From NCBI RefSeq assembly GCF_009914755.1, contig NC_060925.1: a stretch of 64,000 nt of DNA, one strand, 5' to 3'. Shown in pieces: positions 1-21,888 of this stretch. The notes under the pieces were generated by a model that was given only the letters and a program-made list of their open reading frames with translations, was not told the DNA's origin and searched no databases. Numbering within the stretch: the stretch's first letter is position 1; each line of letters begins with the position of its first letter. The position numbers and the translations under genes are program-made. Source of the stretch: the human T2T-CHM13v2.0 reference genome, Homo sapiens.

Positions 1-765
1 ATTCATACACTTGCCTATGTCAAAACACCTTGAAAACATCCTTCATCCCTCTCTTTTTCTCATATTGTGCTCCAGTAAATGCTGTCAGTTCTACTGATGG
101 AATCCACCAATGTGGACCACCTAGTTCAAGCAGTTGTGCTCCCTCTCTTGGTTTATTGACACAGTCTCCTGACTGTCTCCCTGTTTTTACCACTGGGCCC
201 TGGATTCTGTTCTCACAGCAGCCAGGGTGGCCTCTTGAAAACTTGCCTCAGATTATGTCATTCCTCTGCTCAAAACCTTTCAATAATTTTGCATTTCACT
301 GAGAATTAAAGCCAATGTCCTTAAAAATAAAAGATCTGTTCCTCTTACTTTTCAGCTCTCATCTTCTGTCCCCTTTCTCACTGTTCACACCACTGCAGCT
401 GCCCTGATTCTTTGCTGTTCATGTAAGATAGCAAGCACACCTCTGCCACAGGGCCTTTGTACTTGCTCTTATCTCTCCACCTGCATCACTCTTAACTGCA
501 TGCTTCACTCACTCACTCCCTTCCAGTCTCTGCTGTAATGTAACCTCATCATTAAGGTCTATCCAGACCACCCTATATTAAAATAACAACACTTGCCTTC
601 ACTCACTGCTTAACCTCTCTATCCTTCTTTATTTTTCTACACACAGTTATCGTCCTACGCTCCACTGGACTGTAAGTTCCATGAAGACAGAACTTTGTTT
701 TTTCACCACTGAATCCCCAGCCCCTTCAAAGTGCCTTGCATGTAATAGACTCTCACAAATAGTTC
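1..765 (+). mobile_element. L2 fragment
   Basis: gattatgtcattcctctgctcaaaacc, ccacagggcctttgtacttgct, gactgtaagttccatgaag motifs. Confidence 0.65.
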
Positions 766-985
766 TCAAATGGAGGGTGCTTCCTAACTTGCTTTAGCCT
801 TTCCACATGCTGTTCTTTCTGGCAAGAGTTGCTTCCCTTTACCCCCCGCCTTGTTACACCCCAGCCCCAAGTGAGCCTGTTAGAATCCTGTGCATCCTCT
901 CAGACTCCAGTTTCATACAACCTCCTCTGTGACACCGCGTGAGTCAGATTTAATTCCTCTTTCCCCAGAACTCAAAGTTTTCAGT

Positions 986-1642
986 TTTATTTTGCTTTAA
1001 TCAAGTTTGTACCCTTAACCACTACATTGTGTGTCTTTCAGACTCTTGTTCTTTCTTGATTTTAAGGCTTTAGAGATGACAAATTCAGCAACCGCAGGTC
1101 CTTCTCATGTTGTAGAATTGTAAAGTAGCTGTTTTTTAACTGCATGCAACTGTATGAATCCTAAACCTAGAATTTTCAATCCCTCTATTCTACCGCATGT
1201 ATTTTCATTTCTCCTTCTTTTTCTACTACTTCCTCTTCATCACAAAAAAAGTCCCAAGCACATATTATATGTTATTCATTTTCTTCAAACATCTTTCACT
1301 TAATAGTTTAGAGAAAAGCCCATCTATTCCATTGAGTGACCTTTCCTATGACTATAGAAAGTGGTCAGTTTTTCTGTCCCTTGGCCTGTTTAGCAGTTGA
1401 AATGCACCTGACAGTTTGTATTACAAAGCTAAATGGTGGTGGCCAGTAAGGAGTTTGATAAACTTTTCATGTAATTTATACATAGGGGAAATGACACTGG
1501 CTGTTGAGCACATGAAGTCATTTTCTTTCTTCCCTGAAATGCTTTGGGGGAGAAGACCAATCAGTCATCTTAGTGCTGCACCTCCATAGTGAGATCTGCA
1601 TTAGGTTTTTGACCAAGAAGACAGTAATATTTTATGACAAAA
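986..1642 (-). pseudogene. putative terminal relic exon with stop and polyA signals
   Basis: ttaacttttccaag| FVIKYYCLLGQKPNADLTMEVQH* ... GRIEGLKILGLGFIQLHAVKKQLLYNSTT*EGPAVAEFVISKALKSRKNKSLKDTQCSG-TAA (1015-1017), followed by ATTAAA (996-1001) and AATAAA (986-991). Confidence 0.5.
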
Positions 1643-2458
1643 CTTGGAAAAGTTAAAAATTCACAGATGAACAAATGCTTTTTCTCATTATTTATCTTTT
1701 TATTCTTTCCTATTTTTATTCCCTGAGACCATTTGCATGAGGGGAAATTTAATCAGGATCCCTAGTTGAGAACATTTCTATTGGAGAAAATGGAACCTGG
1801 ATATCAAATTATCTCACAACTTCTTCTGAGTGACATACACTGAATTTTATCTTAAATAGCTTGTTTAGAAGCTATTGGTCACCAGCTTAAATAGCACCTT
1901 TTCATTATAACATTGCTTCTGTTGTTGCATTCATAACATTTTATTTGCTAAAAATGTATTAACTGTGTCTCTCCCATCAGTTCTTGAGCTTTGGAGGGCT
2001 GTGGCTGTGGCTTATTCATCTCTCCATACCCAAAGACTAGCATATAATAGACATACAGTAAAAATGGAAAGACTATATTGAGCTGCAGTCTACCCTGTCC
2101 AATTAAAAGTCAGTGGACATTTGTTGAATAACTGCTATGTGCCAGGTATTTTGAAATATTTGGTGTTATTTAATCTTTATAGTGACCCTAAAATGCATTG
2201 TTATCCCTTAGTTATAGATGAGAGAAAGTACATAAGTGGTTTACCCAGCTAGTAAGTAGCAGACCTGTCTTTGAATGTAACCCATGTAAAGCAAAATTTT
2301 CTGTCCTTTCTCCTTTATTAGAGCTTAAGTGATCTTTCAGGGACCGATATGTTTAGCTATCAACTCTGTAATAACATGAAAAATATTTATTTAGCTGTGA
2401 TCATCTATTTGATAAATTGTCAGAGTGATAAACCCAAAAGGAGCTTTAAAGATCATTC

Positions 2459-2712
2459 AGCCTGTAATCCCAAGGTGGAAAGATCACTTGAGGCCAGGAG
2501 TTTGAGACCAGCCTGGGCAACATAGTGAGACCCTTCTCTCTTAAAAAGAAAAAAAAGCTGGATGTGGTGGTGGTGGGTACCTGTAGTCCCAGCTACTTGG
2601 GAGGCTAAGGCAGGAGGATCACTTGAACCCAGGAATTTGAGGCTGCAGTGAGCCATGATCATGCCCACTGCATTCCAGCCTGAGAACAGAGCAAGAACTT
2701 GTCTCAAAAAAA
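2459..2712 (+). mobile_element. Alu (AluJ-like, 5'-deleted)
   Basis: Alu dimer with J-type diagnostics (gaggccaggagtttgag, gaggctgcagtgagccatgatc). Confidence 0.85.
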
Positions 2713-3315
2713 CCCCCAGAAATCATCCAATTCAGTATTCTAATTTCAGATGCAAAAATTGAGTCCCAGAAGGGAAAAGGTCTTGGCCATTATTTCTTCT
2801 GTCAGTTGGAATCATGTTATTCTTCTCCTTTTGCACTGTCCTTACAGTAATTACTTTTAAATCCTTAGCAAGTCTGATTATCCCCTGCATGGTATGGCCT
2901 GTGATGACCTCTCCAGCCTCACGTTGCACTACTACCCCTCACAGTTTCTGTCCTTCATCTGTGGCATAGAACACACTCTATTCTCTGCTTCCTGTCCCTC
3001 TGCCTATAGCACCCTTCCCTCTACTCCTTCTCCTAAGTCCTACTTACCCTTCACATTTAGCTCAGGCATCTAATATCCTCTCGCTGGAAGCTTTCAGACT
3101 AGATTAGGTGGTGTATCTATGTGCATCCATGGTACATACCTGTCATGGTGCGTATCCTTCTGTGTTTGTTGTTAGTTAACTGGCTTATGTCTTCCTTGCT
3201 GTGAATTCCTTGAGGACAGATATTGCGGAGCATTCATTTCTATATCACCACGGCCTCATAAAGCTCCTCACACAAAGTCAGCTTTCAGGAAATTTTGAAA
3301 GAAATAATCACTCAC

Positions 3316-3580
3316 TTGGATTCAGGTCTGAAGTGAGGCAAACATTAGAGATGTGATGGTGTTGAATACTCATCGTTTTTGATATTTTGAAGGCTCTCCC
3401 ATGCTTGAGGATCCAAAGGAGTTTACCATTTTGTAATGCCACAGATGTGTACTGGTGTCTGTAATGCTCAGGTCCCATCCTTGAGCTTCACCAGGAACAT
3501 CAGTAGGAAGATCTGGCACAGGCTATGTGGAGAGCCTCCTCACCCCATGCTGATGATCTCATAGTATCTGGTCACTGCCA
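3316..3580 (-). pseudogene. relic exon (265 nt, frameshifted), 88-nt intron upstream
   Basis: tttatttttccttag| ... CAA|gtgagt; stops in all frames, so the ancestral frame is uncertain. Confidence 0.65.
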
Positions 3581-3668
3581 CTAAGGAAAAATAAATGCCT
3601 GCAGGTCCTTTTATACCATGATGTAACTAACTATAGGAAGTGTCCCTATGCAACATCTTTCATCTTAC

Positions 3669-3824
3669 CTGAATCAAAGCTTCAATGAATGAAGTTCTCT
3701 TCGGCCCATCATCCTGCAAGAAACTGGTAGGATGATGGCATTGGGAAGCTATAAGGGTGATTCTGACTTCTCTGAAATGACATACATTCCTTGTCAATAT
3801 TATGTCAGCGGAAAACTTGCTAGC
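3669..3824 (-). pseudogene. relic exon (156 nt, fully open, phase 0-0)
   Basis: ttatttttatttctaag| ... CAG|gtaaga; ASKFSADIILTRNVCHFREVRITLIASQCHHPTSFLQDDGPKRTSFIEALIQ. Confidence 0.75.
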
Positions 3825-4366
3825 CTTAGAAATAAAAATAAAGGTCTTATTTTTACATTGACACTTTCAATCTAGGTAAACTTGAATAATTCATTTGATA
3901 TTTCAGAGGCTTCATTTCTTCATCTAAGAACATGAGGATCTTTTCTATTTATGGAGGTATCTTGAGGATTGGTTGAAGTAGTGAGCATGAAAGGTCTCTA
4001 GAAAACCTTGGTTGTTTAGACATGTTTTAGGGACATTGAAATGGACTGCGCATGGAGGAAGCTTCATGGGGGGCACACCTGAGGGGCATTTCCTCAATGG
4101 GAGAGCACCTTTGCCCTTCACAACATTCACACACCCCTCCTGGGTATTGGTGCCAGGCTAGTGCCCTGATCTGAGTCCACCTCTGAACAGTCACCCTCAC
4201 CAAGATACCCCGAGCCAGGAGAGCCAGTGGAGCACATCTAAGCCAAAGATGTCAAAGAGAGTGAGGAGTGAGAGGTCCAAATTCAACTGGAGACCCTCAA
4301 GATGAGACCTGTTTTGAATGAGAGAGAGATGACCGTGCAGGGTGGAAGCAGGTCTGATGCAGCTGA

Positions 4367-7124
<2,758 letters not shown>

Positions 7125-7261
7125 AAAAGACCACGTGAAATGAGCAGGCTTGGGCAATTCAAAGCCTGGAAAAAAAGTGGTAGAGAGGGGGATTTGGGGA
7201 AGAGTAGATAGACAGAATGAGGTGACACATTGAAGGACTTCTTAGAGAAATGCATTTGAGG

Positions 7262-13430
<6,169 letters not shown>

Positions 13431-13665
13431 AGAGAAATGCATTTGAGGCAAAGCCTCTTTTCCTCTGTGTAGAACTGATGATGGGGTAAAATAGAAGAAA
13501 CCACACATATACACCCTGATGCTGATCTAGAGCCCAGTAGCTCCAGAGAGCTAGGGAAGGCCCCACTCTGTGTGGGACATTTATGTGGCCTGTGACCACA
13601 AGAACCGTCAGCAGCAGAACAGGTGATGAGCATTTGTTGAGTGAATCAAAACAGAAATGAACCAC

Positions 13666-13779
13666 TGTGCAGGTTCAGCTGGGTTCCCCTGAATGCATCC
13701 TTGAGAGGGTCCTCAGTGTGTTTGTGGACATCTAGTTACAAGGCAATCAACATATAAATGGGGATCATCTTCCCATCGC
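13666..13779 (-). pseudogene. possible relic exon (114 nt)
   Basis: ctgtttttcttgaag| acceptor, weak donor gtggtt; frame unclear. Confidence 0.3.
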
Positions 13780-14090
13780 CTTCAAGAAAAACAGAATTCT
13801 ATTTCTGCATGTCATGAAGGGTTCTTTAGGATCTGACACATACCTGCCCTTCCACTCAGAGGTCTGACATTTTATTTTCACATCTGCTCCGTGGCTGCCT
13901 GTCTTTGGGCAAGTTACATGACCCTGCTAATCCTCAGTTCCCTCATCTTTAAAATGGGGATAAAGATACCTATCTCACCGGCTTGTGATAATTATAAAAT
14001 GAGAAAGTGCAAATAAATCCACTGTCTTTTCATCACACATATGCCAATCCAGCATTTGTGATTTTTAAAAATTCTTACTGTATAGTTTAC

Positions 14091-14204
14091 CTTTCAGCCA
14101 AACCATGCCTTCTTCAAGCTGATATTATACTAAGAACTTTTATCTTTATTGAGGTGCTTATCAGAATATCTTGCCATTCTTGCATTAACTGTTAGATATC
14201 CCAA
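14091..14204 (-). pseudogene. relic exon (114 nt, phase 0-0)
   Basis: ccttgtttcccatgcag| ... AAG|gtaaac; LGYLTVNARMARYSDKHLNKDKSS*YNISLKKAWFG*K. Confidence 0.6.
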
Positions 14205-14537
14205 CTGCATGGGAAACAAGGACAAGCACAGTATCTTTTTCATCTCTCTTTTTCACAGGACCTGACACATAGAAGGTGCTCAGCTGAATGTTTGCCGAAG
14301 GGTCATGTGAAGTGTCTCTGTTCTGGAGAATCTTGATTCCCAAGAGCCCCAGATAATTCCTGGCCCCTACTCTCCTATCCCATATTAGGCAGCTACTCTG
14401 TGTCAGAAACTAAGCCAGGGGCTCTGCACAAAAGGCTGTAGTTCATAGCTCTGCAACCCTGGGGGGCAGCTATTATATAAACTTCTTACAACAATTAACA
14501 CAAATCCCTCAAGTGTAAACATCTGATGTCTCTTTAC

Positions 14538-14741
14538 CTTCAACCCACTAGGGACACAAATTGAGAACCCAGCAACCCTCATCTGGCATGGAAAACTTAA
14601 GACCTGGATTTCTTCCACCTGCACCTGCTGCGTTTGTAGCCATCCCCTCCCCTCTTCCAGCACCTTTGTTGTTTGTATCTTACCAGGATTAACCATACTA
14701 GTCTGGACTCTGAACTCAGAAACATGTAGATTAAACATTTC
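14538..14741 (-). pseudogene. relic exon (204 nt, fully open, phase 0-0)
   Basis: tttttaagctag| ... AAG|gtaaag; EMFNLHVSEFRVQTSMVNPGKIQTTKVLEEGRGWLQTQQVQVEEIQVLSFPCQMRVAGFSICVPSGLK. Confidence 0.75.
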
Positions 14742-15865
14742 CTAGCTTAAAAAAATAGAGTGCAGAAAGTTAAATAGTTAGCTCTCACATGTTGATTATT
14801 TACTATGTGAAGGCAGTATGTAGGGTTTGTCTAACATTGCCTCCAATTTTCCCAAATATCCGGTAAGGTGAATATTCTTGTCTGTCTTTTACACGGGAAG
14901 AAGCCAAGATTCAAGAGGGCCTCATAACTTGCTGCATGGATCTGTGATTCCTGACCTGGGTACACCCCAACACTGCTTCTTCCTGGCACCAGGCACCCAA
15001 GGAATCAGTTCCACTAGCCCCCACGCCTCAGCAACCAGCACTAGGCATGGAGGGGTGCTTCCTCCCACCAAGGCTGAGTGCTCAGTCACACCCTATGAGA
15101 GCAAGCCAATGAAATGGAAAAATAGCTCTTACTCCTGACTCTGACATCTGCCCTGCAGGTGAGAGCCAAATTCTCAAATTGCCAGGCCAATGGCAAATAA
15201 GCCCACACTATGCACAGAGGGTATCAACACAAAGAGGGTTCTGTGGGAATTCACACATCCTGGAAGCCAGGCTGACCCTGGTAGACAGTTTCATTTTATC
15301 TTGTCTCAGCCACATGATGAGTGGAGAGAGAGAAGGAAAGTGCACAGATCTCCAGAAATGGGGTTTGGGTTCACTCTTGAGAATACCCCTGGGCAGTACT
15401 CTGACCCTTGGGCCCCTCTCTGTAAACACACAAGAACAGCTAAAATGTCTGGAAAGGGGAAGGGCTGGTTCCACTGATGCCCCTGCATTCATTGAGTTTC
15501 CTGCTTCCCAAGTAGCTGAGAGGCAGCTGGATATAAAAGGAACAGGCTTTGGAGTCAGACCCAGATCAAATCCCCATTCTGCTACTTGGTACCTGTAGGA
15601 CAATGAGCAAGGCTTTGACCTTCTGTGAGCCATGGTTTATCTGTAAACTAAAGGAAATGGTAGATTATCATGAAAATTATAGATAAGAATATGAAACAGC
15701 ACATAGTAGCTGCTTGGCAAATGTTAGTTGCCTTCCCTCCCTTTTCCCCCACTGCATTCATTTGTAATGCCTTTTTTTAAAAAAAAATGACAGTAAGAGC
15801 AATTATAATTGGCACAGGTTGCTTTATGAGCTAAATATGTTACAGATCAATAATACACAATCTCT

Positions 15866-16229
<364 letters not shown>

Positions 16230-16480
16230 TCATATATTTGACAGACAGTTGCTTTTCTTCCTTTTATTCTTCTAAAGAAGTCCAGATGAGCCCCAGATAC
16301 AGGTTCATACCCTAGATAGCCTATTCCAAGGGTTAAAATCAGGCCTGCTTCACATCGAAGGCATTTTGTTATGATCTGTTCATAACAAAAGCTGCCTCCT
16401 GGCTGTTGCCTGCAGCTGAATACTGTTACTCTGAAGCCATCATTTCATTTGTTTCTGATTGTTCTGCAGTGTTTACATAC

Positions 16481-16603
16481 CTTACATATTAGCGTGATCT
16501 TTTATAGAGTACAGGCAGAGGTTAAGCCCTCCCGGATCCACTTTCCCTCTGAGGGCTCTTTCTTCTTTTTTACTGTCCCTTGCCTCTGTGTTACAAACCA
16601 TTT
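16481..16603 (-). pseudogene. relic exon (123 nt, phase 0-0, one stop)
   Basis: Donor AAG|gtatgt; KWFVTQRQGTVKKKKEPSEGKWIREGLTSACTL*KITLICK. Confidence 0.6.
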
Positions 16604-17367
16604 CTCTTTTATAGAAATTCATTTAAATAGAAAAACAATTTTTAAGTGTTTTCTTTTTTTTTTAACATGAGGCTCACTTAACATTTTTAGAAAATGTTGA
16701 ATATGGAGAAGAGGGAAAAGATACCACCAAAATGTGTGATTTTTTTTTTCTTTTTTCCTGACATAGGAAAATCCCATTACCTCTCTTGAATTTACCAAGG
16801 GACATATTCCATTTAGGGCATAGAAGGACCTGGGCTGCCTCCAGACCTAATGTGGAAGAAGGTGCTGTCTGCCTGCTATTTCCTTGCTTCTCCTTATTTC
16901 AATCTTTTTTTTTTCTCCAAAAAAAAAAAAAAGTGACTTAGGAAGGATATGGACTTGTGAGTCAGATTTGGGTCTAAGTCTTGGTTCTGCCCTATGTGTA
17001 ATCCCAGGAAGGAACTTGAGTTGATTTTCTGAAGCTCAGTTTCCTTTTCCATTAAAACTGGGAGTGACTCAGGCTTGCCTAGTATCTTAGCTGGAAGAAT
17101 GTGTGTGAAACTGGCCCACCTTTCACAGATAGGTCACCCTGCTGATTGCAGTGGCTTCCAGGCACCCAGGCCTGGGAAAGATTCACAGGCCTAGTCCAGA
17201 CCTGGCAGGAAAGAGGCTGTGAGCAGTTCTGCCTGCCGCAGATGTGCTGGCACATGTACCGCCGTGTGCTGCCCCAGGTAACATATCAGGCAGCTAGGGA
17301 ATGTAGGCTTTCAGACCCTCTCTCTTCAGTTCTCTTCTGCTGACTTCCTCCCATCCAGCCATCATAC

Positions 17368-17657
17368 TTTCTTAATCCTCTCATCAATCCCCTTTGTTAT
17401 AGAGAAGATGGAAGGGTTAAATTCCTTCACCCTCATCACTTCCACTGATATTTGATAAACACCTCTCAGTTCATAATACTTTTGCACTCAAGCAGGGGAG
17501 CTACCCAGGTGTCTATGGAAAGTTTTGAATTCTTTTTGCCTATTCAGTTTAGTCTTCTCATTTTCTATCTGGCCAGAAATGGAGAAAGTGTTTTGAAGGT
17601 CAGGATTCTTCAGGTCTAGACTTGTAGGGATGTATCCTGAATTCCTCTGAGCTAAGC
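17368..17657 (-). pseudogene. relic exon (290 nt, phase 1-0, one stop)
   Basis: cttgtgcttctcag| ... AAA|gtatga; LAQRNSGYIPTSLDLKNPDLQNTFSISGQIENEKTKLNRQKEFKTFHRHLGSSPA*VQKYYELRGVYQISVEVMRVKEFNPSIFSITKGIDERIKK. Confidence 0.7.
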
Positions 17658-17828
17658 CTGAGAAGCACAAGTGGGTTCTATTGGGAAACACTTCCAAAAG
17701 GCAATGATTGATGCTTATGCACAGAAATTCTGACTTTTAGTAAAAGATGCTTGGATATAAATCAAGCAGGACTCTCCTTGCCTTTATACAATATGCGGTA
17801 AACAGGGTAAATCCTCAATTTTACTTAT

Positions 17829-17958
17829 GCCCACTGACAGATCTTACAAGTAGAAATTAACCCATCTGAGTGATCGTGTTGATTCTTTCTCCCTCTTCTC
17901 TAGAGCCATTATAACCTCTGTACCCTACTTCAGAATTCTAATCAAGATAGTGTCAAGT
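17829..17958 (-). pseudogene. relic exon (130 nt, phase 0-1; donor GT mutated to AT at a CpG)
   Basis: acttttttttaaaag| ... GGC|ataagt; T*HYLD*NSEVGYRGYNGSREEGERINTITQMG*FLLVRSVSG. Confidence 0.5.
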
Positions 17959-18567
17959 CTTTTAAAAAAAAGTTAAACCCCCACATGAGCTCCAATCCAT
18001 AAATAAGAAACTCACCCTGGCTTGTATGGAGGTGATGATATTAACACAGGCTACATTTCTCTGGGTCACTGAATGTACCCGGCACTGTACCAAGGCCAGT
18101 AATAGACTGTGCCACATTTAATCTTTACAGATCTGTAAGAGAGGTCTTATTTGTCCCATTTTTCAGATGAACACCCCAAAGACCAAGGTCACACAGCAGA
18201 GACTCTCGGCTGGAGACTGCCCTCAGGCATCCTTTTAACGGAACTCTAAAGTCTGCAGGAGGGAGCCATTTTTCCTACCAGCCAGTTTAGAATCAAAAAA
18301 GAGCATTGGTTTTGCCGTATTAGAGAACTAATTCATAATTAGTACTATGCTCACTCCTGGAGGATTTGACAGAAATAGAAGATATGGTTCTGACTCAGGA
18401 TCCACCTCACTACGTGATGTCAGAGCAACAGAGCTAAGACTGCAACTGATGAGTATTGTGCAGATGGAGCACGCTACCTCCTCGTTAGCTCTCTCCCCTG
18501 CACCCACTCTGCCCCACCCACTCCTCCTCCCTTGCGTGATCCATAGAATAGACCAATATGTGTTTAC

Positions 18568-18721
18568 CCACCACAGATTGTTTGGATTGTGAAAAATGCA
18601 TGATATAATTTTATATCTTTGAAGGCACACAGCTCTCAGAGCTTTCAAAGCTGAAAACCAGTCTGGGCTCACTGGAGCCAGTTAGGCATTTGTATATAGA
18701 AGGCCAAGTGTGGCTTCTTGT
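18568..18721 (-). pseudogene. relic exon (150 or 154 nt)
   Basis: ttttctctctcctatag|; donors gtgggt (exon end 18572) or gtaaac (exon end 18568). Either reading has one stop. Confidence 0.65.
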
Positions 18722-18921
18722 CTATAGGAGAGAGAAAATGTGGAGGAACTTTTGGAAGGCTTCAGAGTTTTTTTGGCTATTCTCTCTCTCTTGCAAAGCA
18801 ATCTGGGTGCATTAACTATAAATGAATGAGAAACATATGGATTAAATTTTATCTGTGATCACATATGAGTTTCAAGAATGATAAAGAATAAGGAATTCAG
18901 TGTTTAAGGAGTCCAGAATAC

Positions 18922-19094
18922 TTTGCAAGTAATTCAGGATATTGCAGGCAACATTTGGCTGCCTCCCTCTATCCAAATTTGAGGACTGTTTGGTAGGGTG
19001 ACAGACCTGCTCAGTGCCCTCCCCACCCACTCAGATTGCTAAACCTCAGGAGATACCTGTGGATAGGTTTTGTGTGTATCTTGTTTTGCTGAGA
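18922..19094 (-). pseudogene. relic exon (173 nt)
   Basis: tctcttttatttcag| ... CAA|gtattc; phase-0 reading SQQNKIHTKPIHRYLLRFSNLSGWGGH*AGLSPYQTVLKFG*REAAKCCLQYPELLA. Confidence 0.65.
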
Positions 19095-19473
19095 CTGAAA
19101 TAAAGAGATTGGGTTTCTAGGAAAGGCAAACTCTATGAGAACACTCTTAACCACTTTGAAACCCCCAAATAGAAGAGGAAAATTTGGTAAGCCCGATCTT
19201 TATTAACCATGTCTTGCTTACAGATAATATTAGATGTGTTTTATATCCTATTATTGCCCTTAATGTTAGTGTCATTGTCCTGTTAATGATAATGGTAGCC
19301 ATGTCCTGCACTTGTGTAGTGATCTAATTTACAAACAGGTACACATTACCTGTTAATACACATTACAGATGTATTTGTAGAGATGTACACTTACAACATA
19401 TGCAGAGTATGTTATGACAAGCTACAATACAGGAATTACAGAGTTAAGTGAAGATGCAGGCAGGAGTACCTAA

Positions 19474-19836
<363 letters not shown>

Positions 19837-19865
19837 TGTTCTTAAAAGAATATGAATAAGTAAGT

Positions 19866-20160
19866 GGCTGGGTGCAGTGGCTCATGCCTGTAATCCCAGC
19901 ACTTTGGGAGGCCGAGACGGGCGGATCACTTGAGGTCAGGAGTTCAAGACCACCTGGCCAACACTGGTGAAACCCATCTCTACTAAAAATATAAACATTA
20001 GCTGGGCGTGGTGGCATGTGCCTGTAATCCCAGCTACTTGGGAGGCTGAGGCAGGAGAATCACTTGAACCCAGGAGGCAGAGGTTGCAGTGAGCCGAGAT
20101 TTTGCCACTTCACTTCAGCTGGGGGACAGAGCAAGACTCAAAAAAAAAAAAAAAAAAAAA
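19866..20160 (+). mobile_element. AluS
   Basis: Full dimer; imperfect TSD gaatatg(a/t)ataagt. Confidence 0.93.
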
Positions 20161-21457
20161 GGAATATGTATAAGTTAGCTAGGGGAAAGCGAGAGGGAGT
20201 GCCCTCTAATCAGTGAGACAAGAATTTATGAACACTAAGAGTTGAGAAAGAAAATGGCACAAGGGGAATTTCAGGTTCACTTAAGTCTGAGGCCTAGCTT
20301 ATGATGGGCTTGGTGCAATAAAAATGATGGGGGCAGAGGATTGGGAAATGATAACATAGGGGATTTCAGGAGACAAAAAGGTAAAAGCTAGATCAGACAG
20401 TCCCATATGTCGTGGCAAGCTGCTCAAGGACTTTAGTAAGGAGAATGATAGAATTAAATTTGTGTATTAGAAAGATCATTGTGGTGGAGGTATGAAAGAT
20501 TCTCTGAGTGACGCTTAAGAGAGTACAGGATGGAGGACACTATTTGGGTCAGGGAAACGAGTTTAATCCAGTTTCATCACCCTTGTAATAATCCAAGCAA
20601 GAAATGATGAAGGGCTGGACTAACGTAGTGGCAATAGTTGGAAACAGGAAGACTTGTGTTTGAAAAATATTTGACAGAGCACCGTGACCTACTGTGGGGC
20701 AGATGAGAGCGATGAATGATCAGGAAGTCAAGAATGGTATCCTGAGACAGAGATACTTCTGACATGTCAAAAATATAACGTGCCATCCTTCATCCCAGAG
20801 CTACAGAACAAGACATGTCGATTAGCCATCCAGGTCAAAGGTTCCATGTGGAGCTCAGGAGCAAGGCCTGAGTGTGGGATAAAAATTGTCATTGCACACA
20901 TAGGACTGGATGAGCTGACCCTAAGAGATGTAGGCAGTGAGATGAACATAGGAGAGAATCCAGGAGGGAAGAGAAAGAAGAGCCTACCAAAGAGACGAAG
21001 CTAATAATGAGTAGAGGCTGGACCTGCACCCAGCTCTTTGGACACCAAACTTTTCCACCGTCCCAGAAAGTTGCAGAATTAAGCCATCTGTGGCTTAACA
21101 TGCCTTGAGAGCATACTGTGTCCTAGGATCTTTATACACATTACCCCATCTAGGACTTAGACACAGCTCTGTGGTTAATGAGATGATCCCCATCGACAGA
21201 TAAGGAAACTGAGTCTCAGGTCAGCAAATGACCTAACCAGAAATATCCAAGTTTGTCAGACTCCTAAGTCTGTGCTCATGTTACTAAACCATGTTTCTGC
21301 CTTTAAGATAAGATATGGCTCCTCACTATTTCCTGGGAGAGGCAGACATTAACAGCTATTTACAATTCAATCTGAGAAATGTAGAAATAAAGGTGAATGC
21401 TGAGAGCCCCCATTCATAAACAAAATTCTCTATGCTTTTTTTTTTTTTTTTTTGTAC

Positions 21458-21888
21458 CATGTGGTGATCTAGGAGTTGGCTGGATTGTGTATAAATGGTT
21501 TTTCTCTAGTAAGACGATAGCACCGTCCATTTGGAGGGTGAGATGAGCCACCATGGAAATACCCGGTCCCACACATGCCTGTGGCTACCCTCTAAAATTC
21601 CCAACCTGGCCGGAGGCACTCAAAACAAAACCTCCTGTTCCCTCCCAGGACGACTGGCGCCTGGAGCCTGCCTTTTGCCCCTGCCAGAGGCTTAGGCCAG
21701 CCTCGGAGTGATGGCGTTGCAGGGAGGCAGAACAAACGGAGCTGGAGCAGCTCCCCACTCTGAGCCCAGTCATCTCTCCCAGAAGAGGTGTGAGCAGGCT
21801 TCTGGGCTTTGTCACCACAGGGAAACTCGGCTGACGGGCACATTGCCTTAGATGAAACTAAGCCAATGGCATGCACTCATGGAGCCAG
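21458..21888 (-). pseudogene. relic exon (431 nt) carrying the DAC-like TGG...MDGAIVL segment
   Basis: ctctctttttgtctatgctcaag| ... ATG|gtacaa. 143 codons with only 2 TAG stops: WLHECMPLA*FHLRQCARQ...SWEGTGGFVLSASGQVGNFRG*PQACVGPGISMVAHLTLQMDGAIVLLEK... Confidence 0.75.

Noticed and set aside
1180-1560. Apparent DNA-methyltransferase-like motif (IICAWDFFC) and an HFRE..SQCH repeat shared with exon 3824
   Set aside because: That frame has about 7 stops while an overlapping frame has fewer, so the resemblance is likely coincidental.
1015-3824. GREB1-family identity for the relic gene
   Set aside because: No match to recalled GREB1/GREB1L motifs; the gene is left unnamed.
18922-19010. Ankyrin-like GLSPYQTVLKFG*REAAKCCLQY
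   Set aside because: It is a single isolated repeat without the TPLH motif; support is insufficient.
21649-21789. Plus-strand cryptic FGGY poison exon (ctcccag| ... |gtgagc)
   Set aside because: The donor is weak, there is an in-frame TGA, and the composition is better explained by the antisense relic exon.
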